64,000 nt of DNA. Origin: an archaeon (lineage in GTDB: Archaea; Asgardarchaeota; Thorarchaeia; Thorarchaeales; Thorarchaeaceae). A program made the translations under genes and the position numbers. The notes under the pieces are model-generated. The model was not told the origin of the DNA, ran no database searches, and was given only the letters and a program-made list of their open reading frames with translations. Each line of letters begins with the position of its first letter. Positions within the stretch are counted from its first letter, which is position 1. The DNA is taken from NCBI GenBank assembly GCA_024276825.1, contig JAJRWI010000033.1, positions 90,614 through 154,613 on the forward strand, given 5' to 3'. Positions 29,971 to 39,812 of this stretch are shown piece by piece.

Positions 29971-30318
29971 ATGTCAGCTGTACGCAAGCCAATCACTCCA
30001 AAGCCTCCACGAGTACGAAAACACGTTCTTGTGATTCAACAAGAACAATGTAAGCAATGTGGGTTATGTGTAGAATTCTGTCCCAAGAATGTGCTATGCA
30101 TTGACACATCAATTTACAATAAGAAGGGGTACCATCCAGTTAGTGCATGCGATATTGAGGCTTGCGTTAATTGCGGCTTTTGTGAGAGGATCTGCCCCGA
30201 TCTGGCAATCTATCTGGCTGACAAAGAAGAGGCCAGGAAAGCCTACGAGTCCGGTAATGTCCAAGAAGGAACAGTGATTCCAGAATTTGAAAAGAATAGT
30301 TCTGACGAGGGACAATAA
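29971..30318 (+). CDS. korD: 2-oxoacid:ferredoxin oxidoreductase delta subunit
   Basis: CKQCGLCVEFCP, GYHP, CVNCGFCERICPDLAI. Confidence 0.92.
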   Translation: MSAVRKPITPKPPRVRKHVLVIQQEQCKQCGLCVEFCPKNVLCIDTSIYNKKGYHPVSACDIEACVNCGFCERICPDLAIYLADKEEARKAYESGNVQEGTVIPEFEKNSSDEGQ

Positions 30319-31452
30319 ATGCCTGAACGTGTGATGTTTACCATGGGCGATATTGCCTGTGCCGAAGGTGCCCTGAGTGCGGGATGTAGATATTTTGGAG
30401 GATACCCAATCACTCCTGCTACTGAGATTGCTGAATGGATGGCTCGTAGAATGCCAGAGGTTGGAGGTGCCTATGTTCAATATGAAGACGAGATTGCATC
30501 AATTACCAGCGTGATTGGAGCATCTTGGACTGGAGCAAAGGCAATGACTGCAACATCGGGTCCTGGGGTCAGCCTTATGCTCGAGGCCATTGGACTGGCT
30601 GTGATGACAGAAACCCCACTTGTTATCGTGAACATCATGCGTGGTGGCCCCAGTACTGGACAGCCCACCAGGGGTCAACAGGGTGATGTCATGCAAGCCA
30701 AATGGGGGAGTCACGGTGATTACCAAATCATAGCACTCACCCCAGCATCAGTTCAGGAGATGTTCGACCAGACTGTACGTGCATTCAATCTGGCTGAGCG
30801 CTTCAGAACTCCTGTGTTCATCCTTGCAGATGAAACTGTTGGCCACATGCGTGAGCGACTTGTGATTCCCGATGAGCATGACCTGAAGATTGAGTATCGA
30901 AAGCTCCCCAAAGTACCTCCTGAAGAGTATCTGCCATTCAAGGCCGATGACGATTTAGTCCCGCCAATGGCCCTGCTTGGATCAGAATATCAGTTCTATG
31001 CAACGGGTCTGACTCATGACGAACGCGGATATCCGAGTGATAAAGAAAACGTTCAGATTGAACTAATAACAAGACTGAACAACAAGATTCTACATAATGC
31101 GGATAAGATAATTGAACTTGAAGAGTTCATGCTTGATGATGCTGACATTGCAGTGGTTTCGTATGGCACTCCCTCACGAAGTGCGAAGAGGGCAATCAAA
31201 GATGCACGAAACGAGGGCATTAAGGTTGGCATGCTCAGACTGAAGACCGTCTGGCCATTCCCTGAAAAGGCCATTGCTGATCTCGCATCACGTGTGAAGC
31301 ATATCATTGTTCCAGAACAAAATATGGGACAGATATACCACCTTGTAAAAGAGCACGCATTGACAACGCCTGTACATCTAATGGCAAAGCCTGCAGGAAT
31401 GCCGCAATACCCTCAAGAGATAGTCCAGAAAATACACGAGGTCAGTTCGTGA
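30319..31452 (+). CDS. korA: 2-oxoacid:ferredoxin oxidoreductase alpha subunit
   Basis: GYPITPATE, EDEIAS, TATSGPG, RGGPSTGQPT. Confidence 0.95.
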   Translation: MPERVMFTMGDIACAEGALSAGCRYFGGYPITPATEIAEWMARRMPEVGGAYVQYEDEIASITSVIGASWTGAKAMTATSGPGVSLMLEAIGLAVMTETPLVIVNIMRGGPSTGQPTRGQQGDVMQAKWGSHGDYQIIALTPASVQEMFDQTVRAFNLAERFRTPVFILADETVGHMRERLVIPDEHDLKIEYRKLPKVPPEEYLPFKADDDLVPPMALLGSEYQFYATGLTHDERGYPSDKENVQIELITRLNNKILHNADKIIELEEFMLDDADIAVVSYGTPSRSAKRAIKDARNEGIKVGMLRLKTVWPFPEKAIADLASRVKHIIVPEQNMGQIYHLVKEHALTTPVHLMAKPAGMPQYPQEIVQKIHEVSS

Positions 31453-31514
31453 TAATCACTATTAATAAAGGACATGAATATATGCGCCATTTTAATTTCC
31501 ATATTATTATATGA

Positions 31515-33698
31515 TTGAATTCCAATATTTCAATGGGGTCTCTAAAAGCAGAAGGTCTGACTAATTTGAATAATGAAATCACCATTGACGGGTCATTCAT
31601 CAACTCACTTGATTCCCCCGTAATAATGATAAACAGGACTGGCAAGATCATCGCTGTAAATAGGGCCTTCGAACAATGGCAGGACATTCCGAGAGCAGAA
31701 GTCATTGGTAAGAGCATTGGCGATTTAATTAGTTATGACCAACCTGAGGCCATCTCCGATTATTTGCAATCAGGAAACTTCAAGTCCCTTAATGAGGCGC
31801 TATTGGAGTGGAGATTTAACACTCAAAGCACAATTAGAATAACCGCCAGATTCCACTCAATTCGTCTAGATAATGGCGAGAGTGGCTTGCTGGTCATAAT
31901 AAAAAAGAAACCCTCCGCCCATGAGGACCTGCAACTCTACAAGGCAGTATTCGATTTCTCTTTCAATGCAATTGCAATATTGGACTCGAATGGCAGATAT
32001 CTGATGCAAAATAATGCCCATCGTAAGATGATTGGCTACTCTAATGAAGAGCTTGAGGGAAAGACTCCTGCAATACACATGGGCGAGCAGGCCTTCCAAG
32101 AGATCTTTAAGGAACTATCCAAACATGGGAGATGCAGTGGCGAGTACGAATGTGTAACCAAATCTGGCAAACATCTATTCATTGGTCTATCAGCATTTAC
32201 TATCCTTGGTAGTGATGGCAGACCTGAATATTATGTTGGAATTAAGCGCGACATAACAGAGTCCAAGAAACACAAAGAACAACTCCAAACAAGTCAGCAG
32301 AAACTTCGGCAGGTAATTGATCTTGTCCCCCACCAAATATTCCTGAAGGACAAGCATGGCAATCTAATCCTTGTAAACAAGGCTGTAGCCGAAGCCTTTG
32401 GGACCACTGTTGAAGAACTGATTGGAAAAAACCATAGGGATCTCCATCCCAATCAAGAAGAGGTTGAGAGGTTTCTAGCGGAGGATCAGCAGGTCATTCA
32501 GACCGGCAAAGAAATGTTCATTCCTCGACAGCCATTCACCTACGCCGATGGTACAGTCCATTGGCTTGAAACCCGCAAGATCCCTGTTGAGTTTGCTGAT
32601 CATGGGACCTGTGTGCTTGGTGTTAGTCTAGATATCACCAGACGTATTCAGATCGAAGACGCCTTACGCGAGAGTGAGGAACGCTACAAGTCTCTTATTG
32701 AAACCAACTTTGATGGTGTACTCATTCATGACAGGGGTGAGATTATCGATGTGAACCAGCAACTCGCAGACATGTTTGGGTATAGTATAGAAGAGGTAAT
32801 TGGACGCAGTCTGCTTGATTTCGCATCGCCAGTTTCAGCAGACCTCATCAGAGAACAGATGCTCAGTCAGAGCGGCAATATGATTGAGGTGACTGGTGTC
32901 AAAAAGGATGGAACTCAGCTAATCCTTGAAGTGATAAGTAATGATTGCATGTATCAAGGACGAAAGGTCCGAATTAATGCAATCCGGGATGTGACTCAGA
33001 GAAAGCTCATGGAACGGGCGTATAGGGCTGCAACTGAGAGGGCACTGCTCTATCTGGACCTCATGAGTCATGATCTAAGAAACCAATTCCAAGTCGTTGT
33101 TGGTTATGCGACACTGGCAATGGAGATGCTTGACGATGAGGGGCTCAGAGATATTATGGAAAAGATTGTAAAATCTGTTGATGTATGCGAGTCAATAATC
33201 CGTAAGGTGGCAATTACCGAACAGCTGCTCTCTCAATCATTGAGAGAGGTAAACCTGAATCAGATCCTTTACACCTGCTTGTCAAACCTCCGCTCAAAAT
33301 GGACAAATGTAAATTTCATCATCCAGATTGAAATCGAGAACGCCACTATAATGGCAAACGAATTTTTGGAATTCCTGTTCACATTACTTATTGAACACCT
33401 GATCACTCATAACCCTCATGATGACAAGACTATATGGCTCTCAGCAATTGAGGTTATCAGCGGCTATAATATCTCGATTGCTGACAATGGCCTTGGCATC
33501 TCTGATGAGCGGAAACCCGACATATTCGACATACATCGGCGCTACGGCGGTATTGAAATACATCAGGCAAAACAGATTGTTGAAAGAATCGGCGGCTCGA
33601 TGTCTGTGAAAGACAGAGTGCCCAACAATTCTGAGCTTGGTGTGTGCTTTGTCATCTATCTTCCCAGAGTTCCCCTTGATATTGCCGACACAACCTGA
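31515..33698 (+). CDS. Multi-PAS sensor histidine kinase-like protein with degenerate ATPase domain
   Basis: Four PAS/PAC repeats, H-box MSHDLRNQ, ADNGLGI; N and G2 boxes altered; start uncertain. Confidence 0.88.
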   Translation: MNSNISMGSLKAEGLTNLNNEITIDGSFINSLDSPVIMINRTGKIIAVNRAFEQWQDIPRAEVIGKSIGDLISYDQPEAISDYLQSGNFKSLNEALLEWRFNTQSTIRITARFHSIRLDNGESGLLVIIKKKPSAHEDLQLYKAVFDFSFNAIAILDSNGRYLMQNNAHRKMIGYSNEELEGKTPAIHMGEQAFQEIFKELSKHGRCSGEYECVTKSGKHLFIGLSAFTILGSDGRPEYYVGIKRDITESKKHKEQLQTSQQKLRQVIDLVPHQIFLKDKHGNLILVNKAVAEAFGTTVEELIGKNHRDLHPNQEEVERFLAEDQQVIQTGKEMFIPRQPFTYADGTVHWLETRKIPVEFADHGTCVLGVSLDITRRIQIEDALRESEERYKSLIETNFDGVLIHDRGEIIDVNQQLADMFGYSIEEVIGRSLLDFASPVSADLIREQMLSQSGNMIEVTGVKKDGTQLILEVISNDCMYQGRKVRINAIRDVTQRKLMERAYRAATERALLYLDLMSHDLRNQFQVVVGYATLAMEMLDDEGLRDIMEKIVKSVDVCESIIRKVAITEQLLSQSLREVNLNQILYTCLSNLRSKWTNVNFIIQIEIENATIMANEFLEFLFTLLIEHLITHNPHDDKTIWLSAIEVISGYNISIADNGLGISDERKPDIFDIHRRYGGIEIHQAKQIVERIGGSMSVKDRVPNNSELGVCFVIYLPRVPLDIADTT

Positions 33699-33767
33699 TA
33701 TGTCAATATCGCCCCATCAACAACTCTTTTATCTGATTGCCTACTGATTCTGCCCCGTGGTCTTGTC

Positions 33768-34613
33768 ATGACCGAATCAACAACTACCCTGTCTCATCCT
33801 ATGCAGAAGTACATCCGTACTGATCGTTTGCCATGGATCTACTGCCCTGGCTGCTCTATTGGTATCGCTACTCAAATGGTGGCACATGCCATTGAAGACC
33901 TTGGCCTTGATTTTCACAAGGTGGTCATTATTTCAGGTATTGGCTGTTCTGGTAGAACCTCTGGATACTTCAAGACTGGAACTTATCATACCACCCATGG
34001 TAGAGCTATTGCCTTTGCTGAGGGCGTCAAGATTGCTAATCCAGAGCTGGAAGTAATTGTGATAAGCGGCGATGGGGATCTTGCCGCCATTGGTGGAAAC
34101 CATCTCATTCATGCCTGTCGTAGAAATATTGACATCACGGTCGTTTGCATCAACAACCTTAATTATGGAATGACAGGTGGTCAATTTGGTCCAACAACCG
34201 AACATGAGCGATATTCCCAAACAAGTCCACCTCCTTTTGGAAATGTGGAACATCCATTCAACCTGGTGCAGCTTGCGGCATCATCAGGAGCGACTTTTGT
34301 AGCCAGATGGACTGCAGTTCAGGCGAGGCGTGCGACCAAATCGATAGCAAAAGGAATCAAGAAGAAGGGGTTCTCATTCATCGAAATAGTGGGCGCATGT
34401 CCGACTGCATATGGACGGATGAACCGACTGGGTGATGGGCTAGCCATGCATAAGCACCTGCTTGAAGTTGCAGACATTCAGAACGGGCTACCGCCTCACG
34501 AAGCAGAGTTCGACTATGAGCGTCGGATCGTGTGTGGGGAGTTTGTTAACATTGAGAAGCCTGAGTACACCGAGGTTTTGCGGCAGATGCATCTGAAGGC
34601 ACATGGCCAATAG
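33768..34613 (+). CDS. korB: 2-oxoacid:ferredoxin oxidoreductase beta subunit
   Basis: YCPGC, SGIGCS, HGRA, TPP motif GDGD..NN..YGMTGGQ. Confidence 0.95.
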   Translation: MTESTTTLSHPMQKYIRTDRLPWIYCPGCSIGIATQMVAHAIEDLGLDFHKVVIISGIGCSGRTSGYFKTGTYHTTHGRAIAFAEGVKIANPELEVIVISGDGDLAAIGGNHLIHACRRNIDITVVCINNLNYGMTGGQFGPTTEHERYSQTSPPPFGNVEHPFNLVQLAASSGATFVARWTAVQARRATKSIAKGIKKKGFSFIEIVGACPTAYGRMNRLGDGLAMHKHLLEVADIQNGLPPHEAEFDYERRIVCGEFVNIEKPEYTEVLRQMHLKAHGQ

Positions 34614-34709
34614 TTCTACATATCTTGCAAGCAATTGACGAATCTTACTGAAGATAACTGAACTTTACTTTCCCCATCTGACCAAACTTTACCATCTAAA
34701 AACATGAGG

Positions 34710-34949
34710 CTATTCTTCTTTCCTTTTTGGCATTCCAATATTTCATGGAGTATGCAATTTGTAATGATAATACTCTTCGCCAAATATACGCTCAAGGAAA
34801 GGCAAGTTGATAAAATCATGAATGTCAGTAGATAATTTAAAATGAATCAATTTCGGTCAAAGATTCTCTTTGAATTGACAATAGATTACAGCAAAAATCA
34901 AAGTTGATAGTCTGATGGGATGATTGAGAAGATTAAGGACTATATCATA
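34710..34949 (-). pseudogene. Remnant of an ICMT/PEMT-family membrane methyltransferase
   Basis: Own translation ...LNHPIRL...*...PFLERIFGEEYYHYKLHTP*NIGMPKRKEE*; in-frame TGA at 34857 and 34743. Confidence 0.5.
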
Positions 34950-35040
34950 ATCATGTTATAAAGAGCTAAACGCATGGTTTTTATTTAGATGGGTTTCCCT
35001 ATCGACCAAGTCTGAACAAACACAGGGCGCCGGTGAATGA

Positions 35041-35598
35041 ATGACAAGATATGAGATTCGCATTGGAGGATTTGGTGGCCAAGGGATAGTTACGATGGCG
35101 GTTGTATTGGGCGAAACCCTCTCTCTAATCGAAGGTAGGGAGTGTGTCCAGACGCAGAGCTATGGTCCTGAGGCAAGGGGCGGCGCCAGCAAGAGTGAGA
35201 TTGTCATAGATGATGATGAGGTGGATTATCCCAAGGTGCAAGAGCCTGATGTCTTTGTTGCAATGAGCAGAGCTGCGTACCTAGAATACATTCATGGACT
35301 CAAGGAAAATGGCATTCTAATAATAGATGAGGACCTTGTAGAGATAGAAAGTGCTCTCCCGAAAGGCGTCAAGGTTTACGAGATTCCCGCTACTCGGATT
35401 GCTGACATGGAGGTTGGTAATAAACAGACCACTAATGTTGTCATGCTTGGAGCTCTTGCCGTCATAACAAAGATAGTATCGACTGAGGGCCTGAAGAAGC
35501 GAGTAGAAGAGCGGTGGCCTCGGTTCAAGGAGGCGAACCTGAAAGCCCTAGAACTGGGCATCAAGGCCGGAGAACAGGCCTTGGCCCAGCAAGGATGA
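35041..35598 (+). CDS. korC: 2-oxoacid:ferredoxin oxidoreductase gamma subunit
   Basis: GFGGQG, QSYGPEARGGAS, NVVMLGA. Confidence 0.95.
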   Translation: MTRYEIRIGGFGGQGIVTMAVVLGETLSLIEGRECVQTQSYGPEARGGASKSEIVIDDDEVDYPKVQEPDVFVAMSRAAYLEYIHGLKENGILIIDEDLVEIESALPKGVKVYEIPATRIADMEVGNKQTTNVVMLGALAVITKIVSTEGLKKRVEERWPRFKEANLKALELGIKAGEQALAQQG

Positions 35599-35620
35599 AA
35601 CATAGACTCTTAAGCATCAC

Positions 35621-35992
35621 TCATCTGATAATCATATCATCACGACTGAGGAATGCCATCTCGAACTCGGCAGATAGTTCCAGTACGGAACGTGGACAGG
35701 ACTCAACACACTGAGCGCATAATATACACCTGTCAAAGTGGCAAATGGGTCTCCAGCCCGTTTTTGTCTGGATATCATCGGGACCGCACTCCACCATCTC
35801 AATTGCACTACTGGGACAGACACGTTCGCAGATCTTACAGCCAGTGCACCTGTCTGGGTTCTTGTAGGTCCACCTTCCACGAAGTCCGACTGGGATGTTT
35901 AGGCCTTCCTTCGTAAATGGATAGATCACAGTAGCGGGCTTTTTCTTGATACTCTTCAGGAGTTCCTTTTCCATGGCACCAAGTCTAGACAT
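35621..35992 (-). CDS. NuoI/EchF-like 2x[4Fe-4S] subunit
   Basis: PATVIYPF, GLRG, CTGCKICERVCP, CILCAQCVESCP; start overlaps the upstream stop (TAATG). Confidence 0.9.
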   Translation of the reverse strand: MSRLGAMEKELLKSIKKKPATVIYPFTKEGLNIPVGLRGRWTYKNPDRCTGCKICERVCPSSAIEMVECGPDDIQTKTGWRPICHFDRCILCAQCVESCPRSVLELSAEFEMAFLSRDDMIIR

Positions 35993-37083
35993 TAAACAAT
36001 CACCCCGAGTATTGGAAATATGTAAACTATTGCAAGTTGCACGAGAAGCAGGTTCACAAGGGCCAGAGGCACCATGAACTTCCAGCCGTAATGAACAATC
36101 TGATCGATTCTCCAGCGTGCAAATGCGGTCCTCATGTTGCTCAATATCATCACAACGATGATGGACTTGAACATAAACACAAGAGTGTAGTAGACCCACC
36201 CAATCCATGATGTCTGCATGAGGGTGGCAAAAGTGACCGAGAACACATCGAGCGGAATGAACTCGAGAAGATATGGTCCTCCCAGAAACAGGGATGTGGT
36301 GATACCAGCAGCAAACACCAGCATGATGTCCTCAGCCATATGAATGAGTGCTAGCTTCTTTCCGCTGAACTCGACCTGCCAGCCGTGAACAATCTCCGTT
36401 TCAGCATGACTAACATCAAAGGGAATCCTCTCAAGTTCCGCCTGTATTGATATCAAGAATATTACAAGTGGTAGGATGAGCAGGAGTGCATAGGGTATAT
36501 TGAGAGTCTTCAGACCCTCCATAATTGTTGATATTCTAAGGCTCCCCGTGAGGATGGCTGGAGTGACAATTGCAGCAATCAGTGGGATCTCAAAACTGAT
36601 CAGGAGCATTCCAGTCCTTGCAGAACCTACCTGTCCAAATGGATTGGATGAGAAGTATCCTGCGAGCATGATCACTGCGACGAGCATTGATGAGAGGAAG
36701 AGTAAGAGTATGAGGTCTCCCTCAAAGCTCAGGATTCCTTGGATCCCTGGCAATGATGGGTCCATATCCACAATCGGAATAAACATGCATAGTGTGATGG
36801 ATAGAACTAACATGATCACAGGCACGGCTGAGAAGCTCCTCTTGTCAGCCCTTTTGGGTGTAAGGTCCTCCTTACCGAGAAGCTTGAGAAAGTCCATCAG
36901 GGGCTGAAGTATCCCTTGCCAGCCTGTATGGAGCGGACCTATTCTGTTCTGCAATCGAGCATATACCTTTCTATCAATCCATTCCCAAAGTAGTGCGAGG
37001 AATGTGATGAAGAATATTCCTGGGAATAGTAGGACCCAAAGGCCCCAAATCAAAATGTCTAAGAACTGCAATGTCTGCATCAT
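35992..37083 (-). CDS. NuoH/MbhM-like membrane subunit
   Basis: DRKVYARLQNRIGP, QPLMDFLKLLGKE, RIPFDVSHAETEIV.G..VEFSG. Confidence 0.93.
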   Translation of the reverse strand: MMQTLQFLDILIWGLWVLLFPGIFFITFLALLWEWIDRKVYARLQNRIGPLHTGWQGILQPLMDFLKLLGKEDLTPKRADKRSFSAVPVIMLVLSITLCMFIPIVDMDPSLPGIQGILSFEGDLILLLFLSSMLVAVIMLAGYFSSNPFGQVGSARTGMLLISFEIPLIAAIVTPAILTGSLRISTIMEGLKTLNIPYALLLILPLVIFLISIQAELERIPFDVSHAETEIVHGWQVEFSGKKLALIHMAEDIMLVFAAGITTSLFLGGPYLLEFIPLDVFSVTFATLMQTSWIGWVYYTLVFMFKSIIVVMILSNMRTAFARWRIDQIVHYGWKFMVPLALVNLLLVQLAIVYIFPILGVIV

Positions 37084-38309
37084 TAGAACTTCCCACCATT
37101 CTGTCTGTACCATTTGTTTGCTCTCACTCTCATGATGTCTAAAGGCACTGACTCTATGAGGTTGTCATCTGTATCGACTATTGTGACTCTGTCAGTGCAG
37201 CTAAAGCAGGGATCGATGGCTGCAAGAATTATAGGAGCATCTGCAAGATAGTTCCCAATCAGGGTGTGTCGCATTGACACCCAGTTCGCATGTGTTGGTG
37301 CACGGACCTTCCAACGTTCTGGCTTGTCTGTTCCGTTTGTCACAAGATAGTGAACTACCTCGCCCCGTGGGGCCTCATATCTTGCAAGGACCTCGTTTGG
37401 CTGAACTCTTGGACGCACCCTCTCTCTGATTGGTCCATCTGGAAGGTTCTGAAGGAGCCATCTGCACATCTTGATCGACTCTATGGTTTCAACCACTCTG
37501 ACAATAGCTCGACCAGCAACATCACACCTTTCTGAGAGTATCATCTCAAACTCGCCCGAGTCGCGAAGATGCACATAGGCCTGCGTTGGGTCATTGAAAC
37601 GAACATCCACTGGGACATTGCTTCCTCTGGCTGTGGGACCCACTGCACCAGTGGCCCTGGCAACGGAGGTTTCCAAGACACCCACCCCATCCACTCTGTT
37701 CCAGAATGTCTTCTCCTGAATTGCGACATCGCGATAGTATATCATCCTCTCTTCTAGCTTGTCAAGCCTCGTTAGTAGACTTGATCTGAGTTCCTCTGAC
37801 ACATTTCTTCGGACTCCACCAATAGTGTTCATCGAATAGTTCACACGATTGCCACTAAGGTCCTCAAGCATGTCCATTACTATCTCTCTGTCGCGCCATG
37901 AGTACATGAATGCAGTGTCAAACCCGACCTCGTGAAATGCAACTCCCAGCCATAGAATATGTGAGTGAATTCTCTCTAGCTCCCAAGTCAATGTTCGTAT
38001 GAACTTGGCTCGTTCTGGAATCTCAACCTCTGCTGCCATCTCAACAGCCTGAGCATAATTGCCATTATGTGTTGCAGAACAGATACCACAGATTCGTTCT
38101 GCAAGGTATAGGACCTGAAGGTGTGTCTTACTCTCTGCTAGCTTTTCTATCCCTCGATGATTGTAGCCAATATTCACTTCAGCATCTACAATCCTCTCAC
38201 CCTCAATTGTAAGCTTGAACATTCCAGGTTCTTTGAGAGCTGGATGCTGTGGCCCGATTGGGATTGTCACTCTTGGAGGTGTGACTGTCTTTCTGTTTCC
38301 TGTTGACAT
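37083..38309 (-). CDS. Group 4 [NiFe]-hydrogenase large subunit (NuoD-like)
   Basis: GPQHPAL, HRGIEK, L1 ERICGICSATH, EAPRGE, L2 DPCFSCTDR plus C-terminal extension. Confidence 0.93.
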   Translation of the reverse strand: MSTGNRKTVTPPRVTIPIGPQHPALKEPGMFKLTIEGERIVDAEVNIGYNHRGIEKLAESKTHLQVLYLAERICGICSATHNGNYAQAVEMAAEVEIPERAKFIRTLTWELERIHSHILWLGVAFHEVGFDTAFMYSWRDREIVMDMLEDLSGNRVNYSMNTIGGVRRNVSEELRSSLLTRLDKLEERMIYYRDVAIQEKTFWNRVDGVGVLETSVARATGAVGPTARGSNVPVDVRFNDPTQAYVHLRDSGEFEMILSERCDVAGRAIVRVVETIESIKMCRWLLQNLPDGPIRERVRPRVQPNEVLARYEAPRGEVVHYLVTNGTDKPERWKVRAPTHANWVSMRHTLIGNYLADAPIILAAIDPCFSCTDRVTIVDTDDNLIESVPLDIMRVRANKWYRQNGGKF

Positions 38310-38310
38310 T

Positions 38311-38868
38311 CTATTTTACCTCCTTTGGTCCTGTTGTCTGCGATCGTTTCATCAGACCTCTGGGGTCTTGCCAGTCCTTCCTGAGCGGGAATTCATCCGC
38401 AGGCCAGTTCTCCGGCAGCTCACACCTTCTCGGGTTCGGATGACCCACTGGAACAAGCCCGAACATCTCACGAAGCTCGTTTTCAACAAACTCGGCGGCT
38501 GGTACAATGTCCGTTATTGACTGGTACTCTGGCATTGTGCGGGGGACATTGATTCTGATAGTCACCGCAATCTTCTTGTCATTGATAAAGAAGTGATAAT
38601 TGGCCTGCAAATCATTTCCAAGGTCTCTACCAGATAATGTACTGAACTGCCACATCCCATGCTTCTCTTGCATGTACTTTACGAAATCTCTCAGCTTGTC
38701 AGGCCGGATCTGAATAAAGACTCGTCGCGGTTGAATGTGAACATATGTGCCTTCCTCGATTATTATATCTCCCATTTCAGACTTTATCTGGTTGAGCAGA
38801 GCATATTCATCCTCATGACCCTCTTCTAGTGCCGGTCTGAAAATTGACACATTATCCTGATTACTCAT
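38311..38868 (-). CDS. NuoC/MbhK-like subunit
   Basis: SITDIVPAAEFVENELREMFG..GHP, FPLRKD. Confidence 0.9.
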   Translation of the reverse strand: MSNQDNVSIFRPALEEGHEDEYALLNQIKSEMGDIIIEEGTYVHIQPRRVFIQIRPDKLRDFVKYMQEKHGMWQFSTLSGRDLGNDLQANYHFFINDKKIAVTIRINVPRTMPEYQSITDIVPAAEFVENELREMFGLVPVGHPNPRRCELPENWPADEFPLRKDWQDPRGLMKRSQTTGPKEVK

Positions 38869-39383
38869 GTTTCTGCAACTCCCTCGCTCTGTGCTGCAGT
38901 AATGTCAAAGGGTACCTCCTCTTTCTCCTTTTTCTCGGCAACTCCAAACGCTTTTGATAGCACTTCTAGGAGCTTGTATGCACCAAATGTGATTGCGGTG
39001 GGCTTCGGCGGACAACCAGGGATATATGCAGTCACTGGAATAGCTTGGTCAACACCGCCTAGCACATTATAGCCCCCGCGAAAGACGCCTCCACTACATG
39101 CACAAGACCCCACAGCCACAACAAACTTGGGCTCAGCCATCTGTTCATAGATGCGTTGAAGTCTGGGCCTGATCTGTTCAGTCACAGGTCCCGTAATCAA
39201 CATGATGTCCGCATGACGTGGACTTCCCACAAGCTTTACTCCGAAACGTTCAAGGTCAAGCCGGGGCATGAGCGCTGCCAGTATCTCGATGTCACAACCA
39301 TTGCAACTACCAGAGTTGAAATGGAACACATACGGCGATTTTACTCGTGCTTTATTGATCAGTTTCTGGAGGAACCCCATCAA
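38865..39383 (-). CDS. NuoB/MbhJ-like hydrogenase small subunit
   Basis: SCNGCDIE (CxxC type), SPRHAD, GSCACSGG, IPGCPP. Confidence 0.93.
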   Translation of the reverse strand: MMGFLQKLINKARVKSPYVFHFNSGSCNGCDIEILAALMPRLDLERFGVKLVGSPRHADIMLITGPVTEQIRPRLQRIYEQMAEPKFVVAVGSCACSGGVFRGGYNVLGGVDQAIPVTAYIPGCPPKPTAITFGAYKLLEVLSKAFGVAEKKEKEEVPFDITAAQSEGVAET

Positions 39384-39384
39384 T

Positions 39385-39726
39385 CTACCTCCCGAAGTCC
39401 TTTGGCTTGGATGAGATGTAAGACGCGGCCACTAGCGTGATGATCAGGTAAAAGATCACCATTATACCTGGGTTTGCCCAAGAGAGAAATAGCATGAATC
39501 CAACCACTTCAAAGGCCATGAAATACATGGCATAGTTGAACAGTTCAAGGTTGAATTGCACTTTGCCGCCAAGAAACGACGGTTCTCCGCATGCATAAGA
39601 CTCAACCGCTGCTCCTTCAGTCCGGGCCTTCGGTGCAACGGACCGGCCCAAAAGTAGCAATATTCCAGCAAACACTATGCTCAACACGAGCACGAGGATC
39701 ATTCCAATTACAAGGTCCAAGTCCAT
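39385..39726 (-). CDS. NuoA-like 3-TM subunit
   Basis: YACGE loop, FNYAMYFMAFEV; likely start ATG 39726 or GTG 39729. Confidence 0.85.
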   Translation of the reverse strand: MDLDLVIGMILVLVLSIVFAGILLLLGRSVAPKARTEGAAVESYACGEPSFLGGKVQFNLELFNYAMYFMAFEVVGFMLFLSWANPGIMVIFYLIITLVAASYISSKPKDFGR

Positions 39727-39812
39727 CACCCATGTATGCTGCCGACGCCCGTCCGCACTGCAATCCATTAATATGCTTGTTGATAGTGACCATCAGATTA
39801 TCATCTATCAGA

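Noticed and set aside
7368-39383. Selenocysteine in HdrA, MvhD or hydrogenases (known in some Asgard archaea)
   Set aside because: All relevant positions are Cys codons in uninterrupted ORFs
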